Below, piece after piece: positions 25,016 through 32,678 of a DNA stretch of 34,847 bases. How positions within the stretch are numbered: position 1 is the stretch's first letter; each line of letters opens with the position of its first letter. Below the pieces are notes generated by a model. It ran no database searches. It was not told the DNA's origin and saw only the letters and a list, made by a program, of their open reading frames with translations. A program made the translations under genes and the position numbers. Origin of the DNA: Chloroflexota bacterium. Lineage in GTDB: Bacteria; Chloroflexota; Limnocylindria; P2-11E. The stretch is taken from positions 1 through 34,847 of the forward strand of contig VGPA01000001.1 in NCBI GenBank assembly GCA_016875665.1. Reading direction: 5' to 3'.

Positions 25016-26452
25016 ATGCTGACGCTCCGGAGCCTCGGCGCCGCCATCGCGACACTGTCCGTCGGCAGCTACGCGGCGATCGTCACCGGTGTCGCGACGA
25101 ACATCATCGTCGCGCGATACCTCGGCGCCGGCGGATATGGACGCCTGGCGCTCCTGCTTATGGTGTCGCAGGTTCTGCTCACGCTCGCGTCGGCCTGGAC
25201 CCTCCCCGGACTCATCCGGTTCGGTGCGCAGGAGCACGCGCTTCGGGGCACCGTGGCGGCGTCGCTGCGGTCGCGGACCGTGATCCTCGCGCCGTGCCTG
25301 ATCCTCGCGGTCCTCGCGCTGTGGGCGGGCCGCGCACCGATCGCCGCCTACGTCGACGTCCCGGAGGAAGGCTTGCTCGTCGTATCCGTGCACCTCCTCG
25401 CCGCGGCCTTCGCGCAGACGATCGGCGGGGCACTCCAAGCGGCCGGTCGGATGCCCCTCTACGGCGCGAGCCTCTTCGCCGAGAAGGCGGCCGCGCTCGT
25501 CGCGATCCTCGCGCTGGCGACCCTTGCCGGACCGCTCGACGCGCCGGGAGTGCTCGGGGGCATGGCGCTCGCGGCGGTGACGATCGGCGGCGCCGGGCTG
25601 ACGCTCATCTGGCGAGCCGGCCTGCTGCGCGACGCCGCGCCGGAGAGCCGCCGGTTGCGCGAGCTCTGGCGCTTTTCGCTGCCGCAGCTCGGCGGAAGCT
25701 GGGCCGGCATCTTCGGCAGCCAGTGGATCGACTTCGTGATCATCCGGCAGTTCCTCACCCTGCCGCAGCTCGGGCTCTACGCCCTCGCGTTCCAGATCGC
25801 CGGTACGGTGCAGCAGCTCCCGGTCGTCGCGTCCACCGTCCTGCTGCCCTGGCTCTCGGCCGCCGCCGCGCGCGGCGACGACCGTGAGGTCCGCTCGCTT
25901 CTCGGACGGCCGGCGCGCCTCGCGCTGGTGGCGTTCGCGACCGGCACGGGCCTGCTGCTGACGTTCGCCGATCCGATCGTCCCGCTCATCTTCGGCGAGA
26001 CGTTCGCCGAGGCGATCGTCCCGCTCTCGGTCCTGCTTGTCGCGTCGTGCGTCGCGGCCGTCTTCCACATGATCAATCCCGCGCTGACGGCGCGTGGCAT
26101 CGTCTGGCCGGTGACGCTCGCGGTTGTCGCGGCCGTGGCGACCAACGTCGCGTTCGACCTGCTCCTGATCCCGCAGCACGGCATCACCGGTGCGGCGCTG
26201 GCGACCCTCGCCGCCTATCTGGTGTCGACCGGGATCATCACGATCGCCGGCCACGTGAAGCTTCAGGCGCCGGTCGCGGGTTACGCGCTCTTCATCCTCC
26301 CGGTGATCGCCCCCTTCGCCGCGACGACGCTGCTGTCGGGAACGTTCGGCGCGATCGCGTCGCTGACGCTCATGCTCGCGCTCGCGGCGGTTCTGGCGGT
26401 CGCTGCCGGGGCGGCGCGGCGCGCTGATACATTCGCTCCTACGAATCGATGA
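25016..26452 (+). CDS. wzx: Wzx-type oligosaccharide flippase (MOP superfamily polysaccharide biosynthesis protein)
   Basis: 478 aa from ATG 25016, about 12-14 predicted TM helices, and an N-terminus ...VATNIIVARYLGAGGYGRLALL typical of PF01943/PF13440-type flippases. Confidence 0.72.
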   Translation: MLTLRSLGAAIATLSVGSYAAIVTGVATNIIVARYLGAGGYGRLALLLMVSQVLLTLASAWTLPGLIRFGAQEHALRGTVAASLRSRTVILAPCLILAVLALWAGRAPIAAYVDVPEEGLLVVSVHLLAAAFAQTIGGALQAAGRMPLYGASLFAEKAAALVAILALATLAGPLDAPGVLGGMALAAVTIGGAGLTLIWRAGLLRDAAPESRRLRELWRFSLPQLGGSWAGIFGSQWIDFVIIRQFLTLPQLGLYALAFQIAGTVQQLPVVASTVLLPWLSAAAARGDDREVRSLLGRPARLALVAFATGTGLLLTFADPIVPLIFGETFAEAIVPLSVLLVASCVAAVFHMINPALTARGIVWPVTLAVVAAVATNVAFDLLLIPQHGITGAALATLAAYLVSTGIITIAGHVKLQAPVAGYALFILPVIAPFAATTLLSGTFGAIASLTLMLALAAVLAVAAGAARRADTFAPTNR

Positions 26453-27408
26453 CGCTCCGCCCAGATCCCCTTCGTCGTGCTCTCGTCACGGGCGGCGCCG
26501 GCTTCATCGGCTCCCACCTCGTTCGCGCTCTCGTCGACCAGAACATCGACGTCACCGTCGCCGACGACTTCTCGACGGGAAGCCGCGCGAACCTCGCGGG
26601 AGTCCGCGCGGAGATCGCCGAGGTGGACCTCTCCTCCGCGCCGCTCGACGACGTCGTCCGCGGCAACGACGTCATCTTCCACCTCGCGGCCCTCGGGTCG
26701 GTACCCCGGTCGGTGCGCGATCCTCTGCGCTGCCACGAGGCCGCCGCGACGGCCACCTTGCGCCTCCTCGTCGCGGCCCGCGATGCGGCGGTCCCGCGCT
26801 TCATCACCTCGTCGTCGTCGTCCGTGTACGGCAACGTGTCGGAGCCCCCGATGCGCGAGACCATGCCCACCGTCCCGCGCTCGCCGTATGCCGTCGCGAA
26901 GCTCGCCGCCGAGTGCTACACGCGCGTCTTCGCGGAGCTGTACGGGATGCAGACGGTGAGCCTGCGGTACTTCAACGTCTTCGGGCCCCGCCAGGACCCC
27001 AGCTCGGCGTACGCGGCGGTGATCCCGCTCTTCGTGACCGCGTATATGCGCGGGGACGCGCCTCGCGTCTTTGGCGACGGCCGGCAGTCGCGCGACTTCA
27101 CGTACGTGGACAACGTGGTTCGCGCGAACCTCCTCGCCGCGCGCGCGCCCAAGCTCGCGGGCGAGTCGGTCAACGTCGCGGCCGGCGCACCGCACTCGCT
27201 CCTCGCGCTGCTCGACAGCATCTCGGCCATCTTCGGCCGGCGCCTGGAGCCGACCTTCGCCCCCGATCGGCCCGGGGACATCCGCAACTCGCACGCGGAC
27301 ATCGGGCTGGCGCGGCGGCTGCTCGGGTTCGAGCCCGTCGTCGACTTCGAAGCGGGCCTGCGCCGCACGGTGGACTGGCTTCGCGAGAGTGCGGGGGCGA
27401 AGCCGTAG
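26449..27408 (+). CDS. UDP-HexNAc(A) 4-epimerase-type extended SDR (WbpP/TviC/CapI-like)
   Basis: ALVTGGAGFIGSHLV, SSSSSVYG, SPYAVAKLAAE, LRYFNVFGPRQDPSSAYAAVIPLF, GDGRQSRDFTYVDNVV. ATGA overlap with the wzx stop. Confidence 0.75.
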   Translation: MTLRPDPLRRALVTGGAGFIGSHLVRALVDQNIDVTVADDFSTGSRANLAGVRAEIAEVDLSSAPLDDVVRGNDVIFHLAALGSVPRSVRDPLRCHEAAATATLRLLVAARDAAVPRFITSSSSSVYGNVSEPPMRETMPTVPRSPYAVAKLAAECYTRVFAELYGMQTVSLRYFNVFGPRQDPSSAYAAVIPLFVTAYMRGDAPRVFGDGRQSRDFTYVDNVVRANLLAARAPKLAGESVNVAAGAPHSLLALLDSISAIFGRRLEPTFAPDRPGDIRNSHADIGLARRLLGFEPVVDFEAGLRRTVDWLRESAGAKP

Positions 27409-27413
27409 CGCGC

Positions 27414-28565
27414 ATCCGGGTCCTTCGGGTCATCACCCGTCTGAACGTGGGCGGTCCGGCCATTCACACCGCCCTCCTCACGTCTCGGCTCGATCCCTCC
27501 CGCTTCGAGACCCTGCTCGTCGCCGGCCAGGAGGGCGAGACCGAGGGCAGCATGCTCGAGCTCGGCCGCATCGCGCAGGTCCGGCCGGTCCGCGTGCCGG
27601 CGCTGGGCAGGAGGATCTCGCCGCTCGACGACGTGCGCGCGCTGGGCGCGGTCCTGGGCATCGCGCGGCGCTTCCGCCCGCACATCGTGCATACCCATCT
27701 CGCCAAGGCCGGCATGTTCGGACGCATCGCCGGACGGCTCGTCGGCGCGCCGGTGATCCTGCACACGTACCACGGCTCGGTGTTCCAGGGGTACTTCGGC
27801 GGCGGGGCGTCGCGGATCTACGCGTCGGCCGAGCGCATGCTGGCGCGGATGAGCACCCGCCTCATCGCGATCACGCCGAGTGGTCGCCGCGAGCTCGTGG
27901 ACCGCGGGATCGCTCCGACGGAGAAGATCGTCGAGGTGCCGCTCGGCTTCGACCTCGAGCCGCTGCGTCGGCCCGTGAGCGGGTCGGCGATTCGGGCCGA
28001 GCTCGGCATCCCCGCCGGGGCGCCAACCGTGGGGATCGTCGCGCGGCTGGTGCCGATCAAGGACGTCGCCACGTTCCTGCGCGCGGTGGCCCGGGCGCGT
28101 GCCGACGTTCCCGGCCTGGTCGCGGTCGTGGTGGGCGACGGCGAGGAGCGCCGGCGCTTGGAGGAGGTCACGGCGGCGCTGGGCCTGACGGCATGCTGCC
28201 GCTTCGTCGGCTGGCGCGCGGACATTCCCGAAGTCCTCGCCGCGCTCGACGTCCTCGCGCTCACCTCCCTCAACGAGGGCTCGCCCGTAAGCGTCATCGA
28301 GGGCATGGCCGCGGGAAAGGCGATCGTGGCCACCAACGTGGGCGGCGTGCCCGATGTGGTCACGGACGGGGTGACCGGCCTCCTCGTGCCCGCGGGTGAC
28401 GCCGAGGCGATCGGCGCCGCCATCGGTGCGCTCCTGCGCGACCCCGCGCGGCGGGCGAGCCTCGGAGCGGCCGCAGCGCGCGCCGTGTTCCCCAAGTACG
28501 ACGCCGGCCGCCTCGTCGGCGATATCGAGCGCCTCTACCTCGAGCTCCTCGGTGACCGCGCATGA
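27414..28565 (+). CDS. Glycosyltransferase family 4 (GT-B); start codon non-canonical or unresolved
   Basis: IRVLRVITRLNVGGPAIH..., THLAKAG, VGIVARLVPIKD, ALTSLNEGSPVSVIEGMAAGKAIVATNVGGVPDVV. There is no in-frame ATG, GTG or TTG within about 50 codons upstream of the conserved first beta-strand. ATC 27414 sits where Met is expected, 5 nt after the upstream TAG. The next canonical start, GTG 27447, would delete strand beta-1. Confidence 0.65.
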   Translation: MRVLRVITRLNVGGPAIHTALLTSRLDPSRFETLLVAGQEGETEGSMLELGRIAQVRPVRVPALGRRISPLDDVRALGAVLGIARRFRPHIVHTHLAKAGMFGRIAGRLVGAPVILHTYHGSVFQGYFGGGASRIYASAERMLARMSTRLIAITPSGRRELVDRGIAPTEKIVEVPLGFDLEPLRRPVSGSAIRAELGIPAGAPTVGIVARLVPIKDVATFLRAVARARADVPGLVAVVVGDGEERRRLEEVTAALGLTACCRFVGWRADIPEVLAALDVLALTSLNEGSPVSVIEGMAAGKAIVATNVGGVPDVVTDGVTGLLVPAGDAEAIGAAIGALLRDPARRASLGAAAARAVFPKYDAGRLVGDIERLYLELLGDRA

Positions 28566-29743
28566 AGGTCGTCTTCCTCACCCACAACGGGTCGGCGACC
28601 GCGCTGGTCCGGAGCCAGGTGCTCCCCTACCTCCGCCGCCTCATCGCCCGCGGCGTGACGATCGACCTGGTCAGCTTCGAGCGCGGGGATCTTCCCGCGC
28701 CGCCCGAGGGCATCGCCCGCTGGCATCCGATCCGCGCGACCGCCGGCCAGGGGCTCCTTGCCAAGGTCCGCGACATCCTCATCGGCGGCTTCCGGGTCGG
28801 CGCTTTGCTGCTCCGCGGAACCGACGTGGTGCATGCGCGGAGCTACCTGCCGGCCGCGATCGCGTGGGCCGCGCACGCGGTCTTGCGGCGCCCGTACATT
28901 TTCGATATGCGCGGCTTCCTCCCCGAGGAGTACGTGGAAGGCGGCCACTGGACCGAACGGGATCTCAGATACCGCGTGCTGCGCTGGGTCGAATGGCATC
29001 TGCTGCGCGGTGCCGCGGCCGTGGTGGTGCTCACGCACCGTGCGGAGGAGCGCCTACGCACGGAGCCGCGCTACGCGCGCGCGCTTCCGCAGGAGACCCC
29101 GGTCACGGTCATCCCGTGCGCGGTCGATCTCGATCGCTTCCGCCCTGCGCCCGAGCGGCGGCCCCATCCGACGCTCGTCTACGCCGGCTCGCTGGGCATG
29201 TGGTATGCGCTCGACCCGATGCTGCGGGTGTTCGCCCAGGCGCGGCGCGCCGTGCCCGATCTGCGCTTCCTCGTGCTGAACGTCGGCCAGCACGAGATCG
29301 TCCGCGAGCGCGCGGCGGCGCACGGCCTCCTAGACGCCGTCGAGATCCGGGCGGCGTCGTTCGATGAGATGCCGGGCCTGCTCGGCGGGGCGCACGCCGG
29401 GATCTGCCTGCTAGAGCAGGCCTCCTCGAAGCTCGGCTCGTCGCCGATCAAGGTCGCGGAGTACCTCGCGTGCGGGCTCCCCGTGGTGGTGAATGCCGGC
29501 CAGGGGGACACCGATTCGCTCGTGGCGCGCGACGCCGCGGGGCACGTGATCACGGGCTATTCCGACGCCGAGATCGCCCGCGCCGCGGCCGGGCTGGTCC
29601 GGCTCCTGGGGGACGAGGACGCCCGTGCGAACGCCCGCCGTCTCGCGGAGCGGGAGTACTCGGCGGACCGCGCCGCCGAGGACTACCTCGGGATCTACGA
29701 AGCGGTCAGCGCGACCCGAAGAACCGCCCGAACGACTCGATGA
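28562..29743 (+). CDS. Glycosyltransferase family 4 (GT-B)
   Basis: MKVVFLTHNGS..., LVYAGSLG, SSPIKVAEYLACGLPVVVN. ATGA overlap with the upstream stop. The last 38 nt overlap the convergent gene. Confidence 0.75.
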   Translation: MKVVFLTHNGSATALVRSQVLPYLRRLIARGVTIDLVSFERGDLPAPPEGIARWHPIRATAGQGLLAKVRDILIGGFRVGALLLRGTDVVHARSYLPAAIAWAAHAVLRRPYIFDMRGFLPEEYVEGGHWTERDLRYRVLRWVEWHLLRGAAAVVVLTHRAEERLRTEPRYARALPQETPVTVIPCAVDLDRFRPAPERRPHPTLVYAGSLGMWYALDPMLRVFAQARRAVPDLRFLVLNVGQHEIVRERAAAHGLLDAVEIRAASFDEMPGLLGGAHAGICLLEQASSKLGSSPIKVAEYLACGLPVVVNAGQGDTDSLVARDAAGHVITGYSDAEIARAAAGLVRLLGDEDARANARRLAEREYSADRAAEDYLGIYEAVSATRRTARTTR

Positions 29744-30983
29744 CCCGTCCGAGCTGACGCTCGGTCAAGGCCGGGTGCACCCCGATGAAGAACGCGTTGT
29801 CGCGGAGCATGCGCGCGTTGGGCAGATCACCCGCCACGCGACCCGGCTGGTTGCGGAATCCCGGCTGGTCCGGAAGGCATCCCGCGAAGATCGGTCGCGT
29901 CTCGATGCCGTCCCGCTCCAGGTGGCGCACGAGCTCGCCGCGCTTCACGCCCGAGCCCGGCACCACAGTGAGCGGGTACGTGTAGTACGTGTGCGTCAGG
30001 CCCGCAGGCACCTTCGCCGGCCGCACATAGCTCGCGAACCGCGCGAGCTCGCGCGTGTAGAACGCGGCGTTCGCGATGCGCTTGGCGTTCATCGCGTCCA
30101 GCTTGCGCAGCTGCTCGACGCCGAACGAGGCGGTCACATCGGTCATGCGGACGTTGTACCCGATGCGCTCGAAGATGTAGCGCTTGTCGTAATCGACGAG
30201 CTTGTCGTCGGTGTAGAAGCGCCCCTCGTCGATCGCCGCCTGGTCGAGGCGCCCGAACTCGCGGAGCGACCGGTTGACCTTGGCATACCTGTCGTCGTTG
30301 GTCAGGACCATCCCGCCCTCGCCGGTGGTCATGTTGTGCGCGACGAAGAAGCTGTGCGTCGCCAGAGTGCCGAAGCTCCCCACCTTGCGGTCCCCGATCG
30401 CCGCGCCGTGCGCCTCGCAGCAGTCCTCGAGAATCTTCAGGCCGCGACGCTCGGCGACACGCGCGATCGCTGGGATGTCCGCGGGATACCCGAGCGTGTG
30501 GACGGCCATGATCCAGCGGGTGCGCGGCCCGACGGCGGCGTCGCACGCGCCCGCGTCGAGGTTGTACGTGAGGGGATCGACGTCGGCGTAGACGGGGACG
30601 CATCCGACCTGGATCACCGGGGAGGCAACGGTGGCGAACGTCGTCGCCGGCACGATCACCTCGTCGCCGGGTGCGAGGTCGCCCATCTCGATCGCGGACG
30701 CCAACGCGAGCAGATTCGCCGACGAGCCCGAGTTCACCGCGACCCCATGCCGCGTGCCGACGTATGCCGCGAAAGCGGCCTCGAACTCGCGGACCTTCGG
30801 TCCCTGCGAGATCCAGTTGGACAGGATGGTGCGCAGCGCCGCCTGCGGCTCGCGGGCGTCGTACGCCACGGAGCTCAGCGGCACGCGATCGGTGGTCGCC
30901 TCGTTCGCGATCCGCGACGCCACGTACCGGGCGATGAGGGCATCCATCTCGGCGAGGAGCCGCTCGCGCTCCTGATCACTCAC
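29706..30983 (-). CDS. DegT/DnrJ/EryC1-fold NDP-4-keto-6-deoxyhexose 3-dehydratase (RfbH/E1- and ColD-like; catalytic His in place of Lys)
   Basis: 425 aa with a GTG start (GTGA overlap). NSGSSANLLAL, EDCCEAHG, HSFFVAH216NMTTGEGG (His codon at 30336-30338), and C-terminal FFIGVHPALTERQL..ESFGRFFG, which resembles RfbH. It lacks the Cys cluster of E1. Confidence 0.7.
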   Translation of the reverse strand: MSDQERERLLAEMDALIARYVASRIANEATTDRVPLSSVAYDAREPQAALRTILSNWISQGPKVREFEAAFAAYVGTRHGVAVNSGSSANLLALASAIEMGDLAPGDEVIVPATTFATVASPVIQVGCVPVYADVDPLTYNLDAGACDAAVGPRTRWIMAVHTLGYPADIPAIARVAERRGLKILEDCCEAHGAAIGDRKVGSFGTLATHSFFVAHNMTTGEGGMVLTNDDRYAKVNRSLREFGRLDQAAIDEGRFYTDDKLVDYDKRYIFERIGYNVRMTDVTASFGVEQLRKLDAMNAKRIANAAFYTRELARFASYVRPAKVPAGLTHTYYTYPLTVVPGSGVKRGELVRHLERDGIETRPIFAGCLPDQPGFRNQPGRVAGDLPNARMLRDNAFFIGVHPALTERQLGRVIESFGRFFGSR

Positions 30984-31900
30984 GACAGCGTCCCCGCTCC
31001 AGAAGCCAATGCACGTCGGATCCCCTCCTCGAATTCAACCGAAGCCTCCCAGCCGAGGAGGCGCTTCGCTTTCGCGGTCAGCGCGGCGTGTCGCGAGTGC
31101 CCCGAGCCCTTCTCGTCCGGCCGGACGGGAAGCTTCTCGAACACCAGCGCGAGGTCGCCCTTTCCGAGCACGCGCGCGATTGCGTGCGCCGCATCGCGGA
31201 TCGATCGCTCGCGGCCGCTGGCGACGTTCACAGCCTCGGCCCCCCGCACGGCCTGCACCTTCGCCACGGCGGCGCGGATCGCGCCCACCACGTCGTCGAT
31301 GTAGATGAAGTCACGCGTCGACTCGCCGGGACCGAACTCGACCTGCCCGCTCGCGCCGGCGATCTTGCGGATCGCCGAAGCCATGAATGAGGAGTCCTTC
31401 GCACCTGGGCCGTAGACCGTGAAGATGCGCAGCAGGATCGACGGCACCGAGAAGCAGCGCCAGAACGCGATCGCCGCCGCCTCAGCGCCGAGCTTGGACG
31501 CTCCGAGCGGGGAGATCGGATCAAGCCGGGTGGATTCGTCCCACGGCAGCTCGGAGGAGCCGTCATAGACGTACACGCTGCTCGCGAGCACGACCGCTCC
31601 GCCCGAAGCGCGCGCGAGCTCGAAGATGCGCGCCGTGCCGGCCGCGTTCACGCGCATCGCTTCCATCGGTGCAGCCAGCGCATCACCTGGCGCGACGACA
31701 CCCGCGCAGTGGACGATCACGTCGAACGGGGGCAGATCCGCGGGTTGCGCGAGCACGTCGGCTTCCACATACCGCTCGCGCGGGATGCCGGCGCGCTCGC
31801 TGTAGGTCCGTGACCAGCCCCAGACCTCATTGCCGTCGGCGAGGGCCCGCGCCGAGGCGCCTCCGATGAATCCGGATGCCCCGGTGATCAGTAGCCGCAT
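30980..31900 (-). CDS. Extended SDR, probable NDP-4-keto-sugar reductase coupled to the 3-dehydratase
   Basis: 306 aa from ATG 31900: MRLLITGASGFIGG, ASSVYVYD, SPLGASKLGAE (YxxxK region), RIFTVYGPG, TRDFIYIDDVV. The track extension to 32035 is antisense to the GT2 gene. Confidence 0.7.
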   Translation of the reverse strand: MRLLITGASGFIGGASARALADGNEVWGWSRTYSERAGIPRERYVEADVLAQPADLPPFDVIVHCAGVVAPGDALAAPMEAMRVNAAGTARIFELARASGGAVVLASSVYVYDGSSELPWDESTRLDPISPLGASKLGAEAAAIAFWRCFSVPSILLRIFTVYGPGAKDSSFMASAIRKIAGASGQVEFGPGESTRDFIYIDDVVGAIRAAVAKVQAVRGAEAVNVASGRERSIRDAAHAIARVLGKGDLALVFEKLPVRPDEKGSGHSRHAALTAKAKRLLGWEASVEFEEGIRRALASGAGTLS

Positions 31901-31934
31901 GCGATGGGGGGCTGCACGCCGCGATACTACGGGA
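31901..31934. promoter_or_regulatory. 34-bp divergent spacer with back-to-back -10-like boxes (GATACT / TAGTAT)
   Basis: Plus strand: GATACT at 31923-31928, then 6 nt to GTG 31935 (leaderless pattern). Minus strand: TAGTAT (plus coordinates 31924-31929), 23 nt upstream of ATG 31900. Confidence 0.35.
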
Positions 31935-32678
31935 GTGTCCGAGGCCGAGCCAGAGCTTTCGATCCTCCTTCCCGTGTACCACGAGGAAGAGAACGTCGGA
32001 CAGGCGATCGAAACGATCGCGACCAACGTGCGCACCGCCTACGAGCTGCTCGTCGTGTACGACAGCGAGAGCGATCCCACGGTGGCAGTGGTCGAGCGGA
32101 TTCGCGCGGCCGACGCGCGCGTGCGCCTGGTCAGGAACCGCTTCGGCGCCGGTCGCGGCCTGCTGAACGCGATCCGCACCGGCATCGCGGAGGCCCGCGG
32201 GGACGCGCTACTCGTGACGATGGCGGACAACACCGACGACATCGCCGCGGTCGACCGCATGGTCTCGCTCCATCGTGAGGGCAACGTGGTGGTGAGCGCG
32301 ACCCGCCACTCGAGGGGGGGCTCGATGAGCGGGGGGCCGTTCATGAAAGGCTTCCTGTCGCGCTGGGGAGGCATCACGCTGCACTGGCTGACCGGCCTGC
32401 CGACGTCCGATCCCACGAATGCCTTCAAGCTATGGGACGCGGCGTTCGTCCGCAGGACACCCATCGAGACCACCGGCGGCTTCGAGTACTCGCTCGAGCT
32501 CTGCGCCAAGGCCTACGCCGCCGGCGAACGGATCGTCGAGATCCCGACGGCGTGGCGCGAGCGCGAGGTCGGCACGTCGAAGTTTCAGCTCTGGAAGTGG
32601 CTTCCCCGCTACGTTCGCTGGTACGCGTGGCTCGTCCGCCGCACCTGGGCCGACCGGCTGCTACGCCGACGGCGCTGA
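31935..32678 (+). CDS. GT2 polyprenol-phosphate glycosyltransferase (DPM1/ArnC/GtrB-like)
   Basis: LSILLPVYHEEENVGQAIETI, LLVVYDSESDPT, TMADNTDD (DxD), NAFKLW, GFEYSLEL, and a C-terminal amphipathic or TM tail. I favour GTG 31935 because only 5 of the 11 codons between ATG 31899 and it end in G or C. ATG 31899 would overlap the divergent ATG 31900 (CATG). Confidence 0.75.
   Translation: MSEAEPELSILLPVYHEEENVGQAIETIATNVRTAYELLVVYDSESDPTVAVVERIRAADARVRLVRNRFGAGRGLLNAIRTGIAEARGDALLVTMADNTDDIAAVDRMVSLHREGNVVVSATRHSRGGSMSGGPFMKGFLSRWGGITLHWLTGLPTSDPTNAFKLWDAAFVRRTPIETTGGFEYSLELCAKAYAAGERIVEIPTAWREREVGTSKFQLWKWLPRYVRWYAWLVRRTWADRLLRRRR

Noticed and set aside
24056-26254. 732-aa minus-strand ORF, the longest in the track
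   Set aside because: It is antisense to the well-supported wzx and asnB-like genes. The translation is monotonous Arg/Pro/Gly/Asp/Glu with no motif. This is a typical stop-free shadow frame of about 70% GC DNA.
32314-32320. G7 tract (plus G6 tracts at 32331-32336 and 31906-31911) in the GT2 gene as a phase-variation switch
   Set aside because: Runs of 6-7 G are expected by chance at this GC content (another G6 is at 339-344). They are shorter than tracts known to slip at useful rates. There is no evidence of length heterogeneity.
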